64,000 bases of DNA from an uncultured Thermoleophilia bacterium (GCA_963710065.1 CAVPYU010000005.1:491053-555052), one strand, 5' to 3'. Positions 19,327-28,799 are shown, counted from the stretch's first letter. Program-made: numbers and translations. The notes: a model not told the origin generated them from the sequence alone.

Positions 19327-19578
19327 CTAACTGTCAGCTTCTCCATTTTCGACGTGACTTGGCGGATCGATCCTCACGCTCGCTAACGGTGGTTTAAATA
19401 TCTCCCCGTCGACCTTCTCCAGTTCGTCTGGCTCTGTTATGCAGTCGATCAAGTATCTGCTGTCTCCGGCAAAGAAGTAGGTGAGGTGAACGCCTGTGGA
19501 TTCACCGTCCAATGTCGCTGTGCGGATGATGCTCACACCCTCGACGTCTCCAGCCTTCTCCGTTTGCATCGCCAGCAA
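19327..19578 (-). CDS. Hypothetical 83-aa protein
   Basis: This is an ORF only, with no recognisable motif. It is co-oriented with and downstream of the DUF433/DUF5615 pair. Confidence 0.35.
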   Translation of the reverse strand: MLAMQTEKAGDVEGVSIIRTATLDGESTGVHLTYFFAGDSRYLIDCITEPDELEKVDGEIFKPPLASVRIDPPSHVENGEADS

Positions 19579-19610
19579 GTTGTACTCCTCCGCCTTCTTC
19601 TCTGACTCGG

Positions 19611-19991
19611 TTATTTTGGCTTTGCACTGTTATCTGCCGGAGACAGCCAGGAGACGCGATCTATCCAATCAGACTGTTTTGGGCGGCCTCGCAATTTTTT
19701 TATCAACGCTTTCAAAACCGCGCCGATTTCACCGTTCCTGTAGCCCCTGACAAATATGCACCCGGCGTGTTTTCGACCTGCCTCGGCCCATTCCATGACC
19801 AGCGGTGCGAAGTCCTTGACGTCGAATGTAACCATTATTCTGCCATCTTTCGCTGCAAGCTCAAGTAGATCGGAGTCATCCAGCCCTTCCAGGTCACTTT
19901 CGCTGTCGGCTGCGCGCACGTCGTGACCTGCGTTTGCAAGCCTTGAGCCGATCTTCCTGCCGGAGATATGTGCGTCGAGCAGGATCCTCAA
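19611..19991 (-). CDS. DUF5615-type PIN-like putative toxin
   Basis: 126 aa. MRILLDAHISGRKIGSRLANAGHDV...DSDLLELAAKDGRIMVTFDVKDF matches the DUF5615 pattern as I remember it. It is paired with a DUF433-type gene 3 nt upstream. Confidence 0.65.
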   Translation of the reverse strand: MRILLDAHISGRKIGSRLANAGHDVRAADSESDLEGLDDSDLLELAAKDGRIMVTFDVKDFAPLVMEWAEAGRKHAGCIFVRGYRNGEIGAVLKALIKKLRGRPKQSDWIDRVSWLSPADNSAKPK

Positions 19992-19994
19992 GTT

Positions 19995-20411
19995 CTAGGT
20001 GTCGTAGGTAATGGCGGGATAAAGATCGCGCAACTCACCGGGGCTGCGCCGGTTATCTGCGATCGCCGTGTCGATCTCTTCCGGATACTGCTCATAGTAC
20101 GCAAGCGCGGTGACTATCTGTCGCTCTGCGAGATCGCTTTCGCTGACCATCTCCTCAGTGGATTTGAAATCCTTGTACGCCTCGATAATCTGCCATATAT
20201 CGAGTGCCGTTCCGATCATCCACGGGCGCCGATCGTGCTCGGGGCCCCTGAATGCAATTCCGGGAAAACGACGCACTCGTGCGGCCTCCTCTGTCAAAGC
20301 CTCGATGATTGCGCTCCTGGAGCGTTTCACCCGTTCGGCTTCAGCGTCCACCCACTTCGCCGTAGCCGGACTCAAACGCAGGGTTATCGGGTTTGATTTA
20401 GCTGTAACCAC
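19995..20411 (-). CDS. RHH + DUF433-like putative antitoxin
   Basis: 138 aa. The N-terminal ITLRLSPATAKWVDAEAERVKRSRSAIIEALTEEA is RHH-like. The C-terminal DIWQIIEAYKDF...IVTALAYYEQYPEEID is DUF433-like. Confidence 0.6.
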   Translation of the reverse strand: MVTAKSNPITLRLSPATAKWVDAEAERVKRSRSAIIEALTEEAARVRRFPGIAFRGPEHDRRPWMIGTALDIWQIIEAYKDFKSTEEMVSESDLAERQIVTALAYYEQYPEEIDTAIADNRRSPGELRDLYPAITYDT

Positions 20412-20517
20412 ACATTAAATACTACACTTACATTCACTACAATTCAATGCTAAAGCCACATCAGCCGGCAGGTTAAAGGCCTTGAACGACCACGATGTCT
20501 AACAGCCAATGGTATCC

Positions 20518-22017
20518 CTAGCCTGGGTCAAAGCTCTGCCGGATCACGGGCTTCTTTGCAGCCTTTACCTCATCGAGCCTGCGCACCGGTGTCGTATAGG
20601 GAGCGTTCTTGGCAATCTCCGGGTCCTCTTTGGCCTCGTCCAGAATCTTTTCGATCGCATCGACGAACTCGTCCAGGCGCTCCTTCGTCTCGGTCTCGGT
20701 GGGCTCGATCATCATCGCCTCATCGACAAGCAACGGGAAGTATGTAGTCGGTGGGTGAATGCCGAAGTCCAGCAATCTCTTTGCAATATCCAGCACCTTG
20801 ATATCCAGCTCTTTTTTCACCGTCTTTCCGGATGCAACGAACTCGTGCATGCAGGTGCGATCGAAGGGGATGTCCAGGCGATCGTGTAGGCGTGTGAGTA
20901 AGTAGTTTGCATTCATGACCGCTGTCTCTGAAGCGTCCTTTAGGCCGTCGCCACCCAACGAAAGGATGTATGTGTAGGCACGAACCAGTACACCGAAATT
21001 CCCATAGAAGCCTTTTAGCCTTCCGATCGACTTGGGCCGGTCGTAGTCGAAATAGAAGGTGGCTTCAGAGCTGTCTTGTGATTCCGTCGTTCTGACCACC
21101 GGAACGGGTAGATACGGCTCTATGCGATCGGACACTGCTACCGGCCCAGCACCCGGTCCTCCTCCACCGTGCGGTGTGGAGAAAGTCTTATGGGTGTTTA
21201 TGTGGACGATGTCGAATCCCATGTCACCGGGGCGTGAAATTCCCATAACCGCGTTCAGATTGGCCCCGTCGTAGTAGAGCGTGCCACCGACATCGTGCAC
21301 AACCTGTGCGATCTCCTCTATGTTCTCATCGAATACACCAAGCGTGTTCGGGTTGGTCAGCATCAGGCATGCGACGTCACTGTCGGCCTTCTCCTTCAAC
21401 TCTTCGACGTCGATTCCGCCTCGTTCGTCTGTTGCGATCTTGACGACCTCGTAGCCTGCCATGGTCACCGTTGCGGGATTCGTACCGTGTGCTGTGTCCG
21501 GGGTCAGTACCTTGTGACGATCCTCACCGCGGTCCTGGTGATACGCACGGGTCAGAAGTAGCCCGGCAAGCTCTCCGTGTGCACCGGCAGCGGGCTGCAA
21601 TGTCACGTGGGGCAGCCCGGCAACTTCGGCCAAGCTCTGCTGCAGATGCCACATCAACTCCAGTGCCCCTTGAGCCCTTGACGGGTCCTGATGCGGGTGC
21701 AGCCTGGCAAAGCCCGGTAACGCGGCGGCCAGCTCATTTACTTTTGGGTTGTACTTCATAGTGCACGAACCGAGTGGATAGAAGCCACTGTCAACTCCGA
21801 AGTTGCGTGTCGAGAGTTTTGTAAAGTGGCGTACCAGTTCTGGCTCAGAGATCTCGGGCAACCGCGGTGACTCATCCCGAGCAAGATTCTCTGGAATCAA
21901 GCCCTTCTTTTGTGGAACGTCGATCTTTGGCAGAGTCGCCGCATAACAACCGGGCTTGCTCTTCTCGTAGATCGTCTCGGCGCGATCGGCCTGTGCCGGG
22001 GTCTGCTCCAAGCTCAT
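20518..22017 (-). CDS. gcvPB: Glycine dehydrogenase (decarboxylating) subunit 2
   Basis: 499 aa. It has the SCTMKYNP motif and the PLP-lysine region HINTHKTFSTPHGGGGPG. Confidence 0.95.
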   Translation of the reverse strand: MSLEQTPAQADRAETIYEKSKPGCYAATLPKIDVPQKKGLIPENLARDESPRLPEISEPELVRHFTKLSTRNFGVDSGFYPLGSCTMKYNPKVNELAAALPGFARLHPHQDPSRAQGALELMWHLQQSLAEVAGLPHVTLQPAAGAHGELAGLLLTRAYHQDRGEDRHKVLTPDTAHGTNPATVTMAGYEVVKIATDERGGIDVEELKEKADSDVACLMLTNPNTLGVFDENIEEIAQVVHDVGGTLYYDGANLNAVMGISRPGDMGFDIVHINTHKTFSTPHGGGGPGAGPVAVSDRIEPYLPVPVVRTTESQDSSEATFYFDYDRPKSIGRLKGFYGNFGVLVRAYTYILSLGGDGLKDASETAVMNANYLLTRLHDRLDIPFDRTCMHEFVASGKTVKKELDIKVLDIAKRLLDFGIHPPTTYFPLLVDEAMMIEPTETETKERLDEFVDAIEKILDEAKEDPEIAKNAPYTTPVRRLDEVKAAKKPVIRQSFDPG

Positions 22018-23393
22018 GCCTTTACCGCCTCTGCTGCCTGACGCTCATCTGCAACCACCTTGCCCAAGACCTCAGCAAGCCCGTCGATCTCTTCTTTGGA
22101 GCGTTTTTCGGTGATCGCAATCAGTAGGCCGTCTTCATGTTCCGGGTACGTTCGACCCAACGGATATCCGGCTGCGATCCCCTGCTCGTGACAGCGGTCA
22201 ACGACCGTCTCCACCGGTGCATCCAGTTTTACTGCGAACTCCCTGACAACCGGTGCCTCATGAAGCAGCTCGACGCCATCGATCTGGCCCAAGAGATCTC
22301 GAGCATACGCTGTCCGCTGCAACATCAGCTCGCCTATCTCAACTATTCCATGCTTGCCCAGCCATGAGAGATAGACGATCCCACCCAGGGCGTTCAAGGC
22401 TTGGTTTGTGCAGATGTTCGAGGTGGCCTTCTCGCGTCGGATGTGTTGCTCGCGCGTCTGCAACGTCAGCACGAACCCTCGACGCCCATCGACATCGGTC
22501 GTCTCGCCGGAGATCCGCCCGGGCATGCGCCGAATGTGTGCCTCGGAGGCGGCAAAGAATCCGAACGACGGCCCGCCGAAAGAGAGACCGTTGCCAAGAG
22601 ACTGCCCTTCACCGCACGCTATGTCTAGACCGAACTGTCCGGGCGGTGCAAGTACGCCCAGGGTCAAAGGGTCACAGACGCATACAGACAGCGCTCCCGC
22701 CGATTTAGCAACTTCGCTCAGACGGTCGAGGTCTTCGACCGCCCCAAGGAAGTTCGGTTGCTGCAGAAAGACCGCTGCCGTGTCGCCGTCGACCAGGTCG
22801 GTTAGGTCGGAGACCGATGTCACACCTTGCTCAAGCGGTGCTTCGACGACCTCTGTGCCAAAGCCCTTTGAGTATGTCTCCAAAAGCTCGCGCGTTTGGG
22901 GATGCAGTCCCCGTGATACGACAAGTTTTTTCCGTTTTGTCTCGACCTTCGCCATGTATGCGGCTTCCACCGCAGAGGTCGGCCCGTCGTAGAGCGATGC
23001 GTTCGATACCGGAAGCCCAACCAGCTCAGAGATGGCTGTCTGAAACTCAAATATCGCCTGAAGGTTCCCCTGTGAGAGCTCGGGCTGGTACGGCGTGTAC
23101 GAGGTTAGAAACTCCGACCTCGAGATGATCGCCCCAACGCACGCCGGCACATGGTGGTCGTACATACCCGCGCCCACAAACGTTATCTCCTCATCTGCGT
23201 GAGTGTTTTTTGCGGCAAGATCGGCGAGCTGCTTGATCGCTTCGTGCTCCGGCAAACCGTCTGGCAGATCTATCGCCTCATCCTGGCGCACACTTTTGGG
23301 TATGTCGTCAAACAGCTCATCGACTGAGGTTACGCCGATAGCTTTCAGCATCGACTGGCGTTCGATCTCGGATTTCGGTGTATAGCGGCTCAC
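22014..23393 (-). CDS. gcvPA: Glycine dehydrogenase (decarboxylating) subunit 1
   Basis: 459 aa. FLTSYTPYQPELSQGNLQAIFEFQT is typical of the P-protein alpha subunit. It overlaps gcvPB by 4 nt. Confidence 0.95.
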   Translation of the reverse strand: MSRYTPKSEIERQSMLKAIGVTSVDELFDDIPKSVRQDEAIDLPDGLPEHEAIKQLADLAAKNTHADEEITFVGAGMYDHHVPACVGAIISRSEFLTSYTPYQPELSQGNLQAIFEFQTAISELVGLPVSNASLYDGPTSAVEAAYMAKVETKRKKLVVSRGLHPQTRELLETYSKGFGTEVVEAPLEQGVTSVSDLTDLVDGDTAAVFLQQPNFLGAVEDLDRLSEVAKSAGALSVCVCDPLTLGVLAPPGQFGLDIACGEGQSLGNGLSFGGPSFGFFAASEAHIRRMPGRISGETTDVDGRRGFVLTLQTREQHIRREKATSNICTNQALNALGGIVYLSWLGKHGIVEIGELMLQRTAYARDLLGQIDGVELLHEAPVVREFAVKLDAPVETVVDRCHEQGIAAGYPLGRTYPEHEDGLLIAITEKRSKEEIDGLAEVLGKVVADERQAAEAVKA

Positions 23394-23429
23394 TTGAGGC
23401 TAACTATTCTAGAGTGCCAGCACGAGCCC

Positions 23430-23825
23430 TTAGTCAGCGTCCTCTAGATGCCTTTTGTACTCCACGGCGTCCATCAGGGTCTCTTTTTCAGACAGATTGA
23501 CCAGATCGACCTTTACCAGCCAACCCTCACCGTAAGGATCATCGTTGATCAGCTCTGGGCTTTCTGTCAGCACATCGTTTGTTTCAACCACCTCACCGGA
23601 AAGCGGCGCTATCACATCGGAGACCGCCTTGACCGACTCGACCTCCGAGTACGACTTGTCCTTTGTGACCGTCGATCCGTTCTCCGGTGGGTCATAGAAA
23701 ACGACCTCGCCCAGCGCATCCTGTGCATACCAGGTTATTCCGAAGGTCGCTGTGTCGCCGTTAACTCTTACCCAGTCGTGCTCGGCGTGATACATAAGGT
23801 CTTCGGGGTAGTTTTCTTCGGCCAT
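23430..23825 (-). CDS. gcvH: Glycine cleavage system H protein
   Basis: 131 aa with the lipoyl-lysine motif VESVKAVSDVIAPLSGEV. Confidence 0.95.
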   Translation of the reverse strand: MAEENYPEDLMYHAEHDWVRVNGDTATFGITWYAQDALGEVVFYDPPENGSTVTKDKSYSEVESVKAVSDVIAPLSGEVVETNDVLTESPELINDDPYGEGWLVKVDLVNLSEKETLMDAVEYKRHLEDAD

Positions 23826-23845
23826 GCTGCTCCTTTTTGCTTCGT

Positions 23846-24958
23846 TTACTCCTTCATATAAAGTGGCTTTGGCACAACGTGTGCTGGTCGGACCTTACCG
23901 CGGATATCGATATCGATCGCCGTTCCGGGCTTCGCCAGCTCGCTGGAGACATATGCCATACCGGCCCCAATCCCTAGACTTGGCGAAAAGGTGCCACTTG
24001 TAACGACGCCGACCCTTTCCCCCTCGTGCAAGACGCCACAGCCCGTACGTGGGACTGCGCGCTGATCCAGCTTGAACGCGACCAGGCTCTCCTTTGGGCC
24101 CTCTTTATATACAGATCGCAGTACCTCAACACCGACGAAGTCCTTATCCAGCGCGCAGCACCACTTAAGCCCCGCCTCGATTGGAGTTCTTTCCAATGTG
24201 AGCTCGTTTCCGTAGAGCGGGTAACAGACCTCCAAGCGCAGCGTATCGCGAGCAGCCAGGCCGATCGGCCTGGCGCCTACTTCCACCAGTGCTCCCCAGA
24301 GCTGCTCAGCATCCCCCGGTGCAAGCAGAAACTCGACTCCGTCCTCACCGGTGTATCCGGTGCGGCAGGCAAGCACATCGACATTCGCAGCCTGAGCCCG
24401 CGTCGCCTTGAACCTACCCAGCCGATCGGGCTCTCCATTACTCCACAAAGGTCTCAGGATCGAAAACGCTTGCGGCCCCTGCAGTGCGATCATCGCGTAG
24501 TCGTCAGATACGTCGCTTACCTCTACCCCGTCCCACGATTCGGCCTGCTCCTGTAACCAGCGGTAATCTGCTTCTCTGTTCGCAGCGTTGACGACGCTCA
24601 AGAACCTCTCGCCGTTTTCTGTACCGGCAAGCCTGTATGTGATCAGGTCGTCGATCACCCCGCCGTCTGCTCGGCAGAGCATCGCGTATTGAGCACCTCC
24701 CTCCCCCACCTTGGACAGGTCGTTTGTAAGGTGTGCCTGAAGGAATTCGAACGCCCGCGGTCCCGTGGTCTCGATCTCGCCCATATGCGATACATCGAAG
24801 ATCCCTGCAGCGTTTCTTACTGCCTGATGCTCCGCCTTAACACCCTCGTACTGAACAGGCATCTCCCAGCCTGCAAATGGCACCAGCTTCGCACCGGCAT
24901 CGCGATGTGCTTGTAAAAGCGGCGTGCGTCTCAATTCAGTTACTTCGGCTTGGCCCAT
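23846..24958 (-). CDS. gcvT: Aminomethyltransferase (glycine cleavage T protein)
   Basis: 370 aa with LKRTPL-type N-terminus (ELRRTPLLQAH), FAGWEMPVQY, GIFDVSHMGE and RTGYTGEDGVE. Confidence 0.95.
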   Translation of the reverse strand: MGQAEVTELRRTPLLQAHRDAGAKLVPFAGWEMPVQYEGVKAEHQAVRNAAGIFDVSHMGEIETTGPRAFEFLQAHLTNDLSKVGEGGAQYAMLCRADGGVIDDLITYRLAGTENGERFLSVVNAANREADYRWLQEQAESWDGVEVSDVSDDYAMIALQGPQAFSILRPLWSNGEPDRLGRFKATRAQAANVDVLACRTGYTGEDGVEFLLAPGDAEQLWGALVEVGARPIGLAARDTLRLEVCYPLYGNELTLERTPIEAGLKWCCALDKDFVGVEVLRSVYKEGPKESLVAFKLDQRAVPRTGCGVLHEGERVGVVTSGTFSPSLGIGAGMAYVSSELAKPGTAIDIDIRGKVRPAHVVPKPLYMKE

Positions 24959-24980
24959 GAGCTAAGAGCCTATCAATCGA

Positions 24981-25661
24981 TCAGGGCTCGGTACGCTCTG
25001 CAGAAGCTACATAGGTTGTGCCGAGATACCACTCACGCACGGTGGCGTTTCCAAGCTGCTCACGCATGATTTTCTCTATCTGTTCCAAGCGATACCTGGC
25101 AACGTAGTCATCGGTCACCGCATAAGGCTTGAGGAGGAGAACCAGTAGAAACGAGACGATCTTCGATATCACCGGCGTGGTCGGGGATCTCAGGTCCATG
25201 ATCGAAATTCGCCTACCCGGTGCCAGCGCTTTGCATCCGTTTCGAACGATCTCCTCATATCCGGGGATGTAGGAGAGCGCATAGGTCGAGAGAACCCCGT
25301 CCACGTTCTCTGGAAACTCGTACTCGACGGCGTCGTGCTGAATCAGCTCGACGTTCGACCAACCCGCTGCATCTACCTTTTTCTTGGCTTCGGCAAGCAT
25401 CCCTTCGGTTCGATCCACACCGATTATCTTCCCCGAAGGCCCGATCGCTTTCTGTATCGACTTAAAGTTAATTCCCGTCCCACACGCAATCTCGACGACC
25501 GTATCTCCTGGGCAAAGCTCCAGGACCCGAACGGCATTTCTAAGGTAGGCCGCGTATCTGTAGCCGATCAAGTAGTACAGTTTCATGCCGAGGTCGTAAG
25601 AACCGGCCCTTTTATTGAAGGTGCTGACCACCTTGTTTTCAAATGTTCCGCTTGCTTCCAT
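24981..25661 (-). CDS. Class I SAM-dependent methyltransferase
   Basis: 226 aa with motif I VVEIACGTG and motif post-I IIGVDRTEGML. It lies 22 nt upstream of gcvT on the same strand. Confidence 0.8.
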   Translation of the reverse strand: MEASGTFENKVVSTFNKRAGSYDLGMKLYYLIGYRYAAYLRNAVRVLELCPGDTVVEIACGTGINFKSIQKAIGPSGKIIGVDRTEGMLAEAKKKVDAAGWSNVELIQHDAVEYEFPENVDGVLSTYALSYIPGYEEIVRNGCKALAPGRRISIMDLRSPTTPVISKIVSFLLVLLLKPYAVTDDYVARYRLEQIEKIMREQLGNATVREWYLGTTYVASAERTEP

Positions 25662-25899
25662 GGTTTCCGTGCCACAAAGCCTATATAAAGCTCAAGGCCA
25701 AGAGGACGGATCGGATTTGTGAACCATCTCTGGTTCACATGGGCCTAAACAACCGTTCTACAAGGGTGTACTGCTTTTCTGCCGATAACACAGGTGTATA
25801 GATCGATGCCTGGGTCCCCATGAAGTATTCGATACAAAGCGCATGTCGGAGCACTACGTGAGCCCCTAACAGGTGTTAACGAAATACGTTGGTTAAACA

Positions 25900-26886
25900 A
25901 TGAGTCATCTCTTCATATGCATACATTTCAAGAACGCGGCTATTGCCGTTGCGTTGGTTTCTATTCTGTTGCTGCCTGGCATATCTCAAGCAGCAACCCG
26001 TTACGGAAGCGACAAGGCCGAAGACATCAACGGAACCTCTTCCAGCGACCGTCTCTACGGCTTGGGCGGCAATGACCGTCTATACGGAAAGGGTGGAGTC
26101 GATCGCCTGGTTGGCGGTACCGGTAACGACACTGTCTACGGTGGAGGCGGTTCCGATCGGATCGACGGCTACGACGGAAGCGACCACCTATACGGAGGCT
26201 CCGGCGACGATCGAATAGTCGAGGAGCGCTTCGGTGACGACTATATCTCCGGCGGCACCGGAAATGACTTCATCAAGGGTGGTCGCGGAGTAGACAACAT
26301 CAAGGGCGGCTCCGGCGACGATGTCATATACGGTGGGTCGGCCCCCGACACGGTCGACTGTGGCTCCGGCTACGACACCGTCTACACCAACTTGCAGAGC
26401 GAGCGCGACTACAAGGTTTTCAACTGCGAAGAGGTCTTGATCGAGCCGAGCATCATCAGCTACTCCTGCTGGGAGGGCGGGACAGACGGCCCAGAAACTC
26501 TGCTCGGCACCGAAGGTGACGACACCTGTCTCGGCTGGGGAGGAAGCGACGACCTCGAGGGCAAGGGTGGAAACGACCTGCTCCGTGGTGGCGGAGGAAA
26601 CGATCGGATCTTCGGCCGCAAAGGTGACGACTCGATGTACGGAGAGGCCGGCAACGATGAGATAGAAGGAGGTCGTGGTCGTGACTACATATCCGGTGGG
26701 TCGGGCGCCGACATGCTTAACGGTGGAATCGGCAACGACCGTTTGTACGGTGGATCCGGAAACGACGTCTTACGTGCCGTCTACAACGGCGCCGACTACC
26801 TCAACTGTGGTGCGGGCGGCAGAGACCGGGCGATTGTAGACCGCCACGACACCGTGCGCGGTTGCGAACAGGTCAGTCGCAAGTAA
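25900..26886 (+). CDS. Secreted Ca2+-binding protein with hemolysin-type (RTX, GGxGxD) repeats
   Basis: 328 aa with an N-terminal signal-like segment AAIAVALVSILLLPGISQA. There are more than 15 nonapeptide-type repeats (GGNDRLYGKGGVDRLVGGTGNDTVYGGGGSDRIDG...). It has two similar halves, each closed by a Cys-containing cap (DCGSGYDTV...FNCEEV and LNCGAGGRDRA...RGCEQV). Confidence 0.85.
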   Translation: MSHLFICIHFKNAAIAVALVSILLLPGISQAATRYGSDKAEDINGTSSSDRLYGLGGNDRLYGKGGVDRLVGGTGNDTVYGGGGSDRIDGYDGSDHLYGGSGDDRIVEERFGDDYISGGTGNDFIKGGRGVDNIKGGSGDDVIYGGSAPDTVDCGSGYDTVYTNLQSERDYKVFNCEEVLIEPSIISYSCWEGGTDGPETLLGTEGDDTCLGWGGSDDLEGKGGNDLLRGGGGNDRIFGRKGDDSMYGEAGNDEIEGGRGRDYISGGSGADMLNGGIGNDRLYGGSGNDVLRAVYNGADYLNCGAGGRDRAIVDRHDTVRGCEQVSRK

Positions 26887-26888
26887 CT

Positions 26889-28473
26889 TTACGACTGCTC
26901 GTTGATCGTTTCAGGCCCGGCCTGCGGCGCCTCGGTGCGATGTTTTTTTGAAAGCAAGCCCGCGCAGATTAAAGCGCCAATTACGCACACGATTGCTCCG
27001 GTGAGCATCGCGGCAGTGAAGCCGTTGGTTATCGCCTGACCTGCCCCCTCGACAAACACATTTTTCGCCGGTCCAAGCCTTTTCGATCTCTGCCTTGGCT
27101 ATCGAGTCGTTGCCTGCGACAAGCTGATCCAGCTTTGTGCCAGCATCGGCATTGATGCCGAGATTACCGATCACTTCGCTCAACCTATTCAGTGCGGCCG
27201 AGTTGTAAACAACGGTGCTAACGGCAACTCCAAGCGCCGCGCCAATGTATCGACTCATGTTCACGAGACCCGAAGCCTCTCCAACCTTGCCCGCGCCCAC
27301 CGATGCAACGGCAACAGCAGAGAGCGGACCAAACGTAAGTCCCAACCCTGCTCCAGCAATTATCAACGCCGGCAAAAAAGCCGAATAACCTGAGCCATCT
27401 GAGACAACCGCCATCAGAAAAAAGCCCACTGCCATCAACAGCATGCCCAACCCCATCATCCATTGAAGTCCGAACCATCTGATTATCGTGCCGCTAACTA
27501 GCGAAACGGTGAACATCGCTACACCGAATGGCAGTAGCGCAACTCCGGCATGAAGAGCGGTGTAATCCAACAATAAAAAATTCTGTAGGTAATTGGCTAC
27601 AAAGAAAAGGACGGTGATAAGCCCCCAGGTGATGATAAAAGTCCCAACGTTTCCCGCGATGAATGCTTTCGATTTAAACAGCTCGAAGTGCACCATTGGA
27701 TTTTGTAGCCGCGACTCCACGTAAATGAAAACCACGACCATTACGGCTGCGCCCAATATAAGGCTGAGCGTCTGTATCGAATCCCAGCCCCAACTCTCTC
27801 CCCGGTCCAGTCCCAAAATAATGGAAAACATTGCGACCGCCATAATCACCATGCCTGCAAAATCGACTGTTCGGGATCGGCCCTCGTCACGCGACTCGCT
27901 GATCGACACGAGCGAAATTGCCAAGGCGAGCAATCCAAAGGGAACGTTGAACCAGAAAAGCCAGTGCCAACTAAAAAGATGTGTTAGAAGACCTCCGATA
28001 ACCGGTCCCAATGCAAAGCCGATCCCGGCAATGGCGCCCCAGATCCCGATAGCCAACGCACGCTGCTCACGCGAGAAGGAGACGTCGATAATGGAAAGAG
28101 TTGCGGGCACAACACAGGCGGCACCCAAGCCCTGCACCGCTCTGCCGACAATCACCGTTGCGGTCATGTCTGCCGTCGCAATCAGCACCGATCCTGCCAG
28201 GAAGACCGCTGTCCCCGCCATAAAGAGAAACCGCCGACCGAGTATGTCCCCAAGCTGACCGCCCGCGACGATAAACGCAGCGACCATCAGCATATAGATA
28301 TTCATAATCCAGGTCTGCCCGGAAGTACCCATGTTGAGGTCGTTGCCCATGTCGGTAAGCACGTCCGTGATCCCTGTGGTGCTCACCGCTATCGCAAAAA
28401 GCGCGAGGCTGACCGCCACAAGCGCCCCCCACCTGTTCGGGTGCTGTCTCGGATGCGCGTGCCAGTAACCCAT
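26889..28473 (-). pseudogene. DHA2/EmrB-type 14-TMS MFS transporter, frameshifted near the 3' end
   Basis: The track ORF (26911-28473) ends in an Arg-rich non-membrane tail. After the T5 run at 27061-27065, the neighbouring frame reads ...KNVFVEGAGQAITNGFTAAMLTGAIVCVIGALICAGLLSKKHRTEAPQAGPETINEQS*. That is the missing last TM helix, with its stop at 26889-26891. Confidence 0.7.
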
Positions 28474-28673
28474 GTGTCTGCCGGCAGTCTATTGCTAATT
28501 TTCTAGTAACGAGTGCTAAGTCTTGCTAAATTCTCATGGTAGTACCTTGTGATCGGTCGGCGCAATAGCGTCGCGCAGAGATCAAAAAAAGGATGCATAT
28601 GGTTGGCTCGACACGGAGGTCGGTGGTCGTTGCACCTAATGCAAGAAAGCACGCTGGGGGGAGACCCGGTTTT

Positions 28674-28739
28674 ACGGCTACAGTCTAAGCACCGGCTGTA
28701 GCCGTTTCTTTTCTGCAACCCATACAACGCTGTAGCCGT
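28674..28739 (+). repeat. Hairpin with a duplicated 3' arm (ACGGCTACAG / CTGTAGCCGT x2); terminator-like only in the plus sense
   Basis: ACGGCTACAG (28674-28683) pairs with CTGTAGCCGT (28696-28705), which is followed by TTCTTTTCT. A second exact CTGTAGCCGT lies at 28730-28739 inside a GCAACC...GGTTGC stem. Confidence 0.5.
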
Positions 28740-28799
28740 CGGTTGCGAAAAATATCCGGCGGGCATCCACCGTAAGTCGACAATCAAATAACCGGTCGG

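Noticed and set aside
24959-25900. Expected a glycine riboswitch upstream of gcvT or of the methyltransferase gene
   Set aside because: The gcvT-methyltransferase gap is only 22 nt. Reading 25662-25899 in the minus sense shows none of the conserved glycine-aptamer cores. An Infernal scan would settle it.
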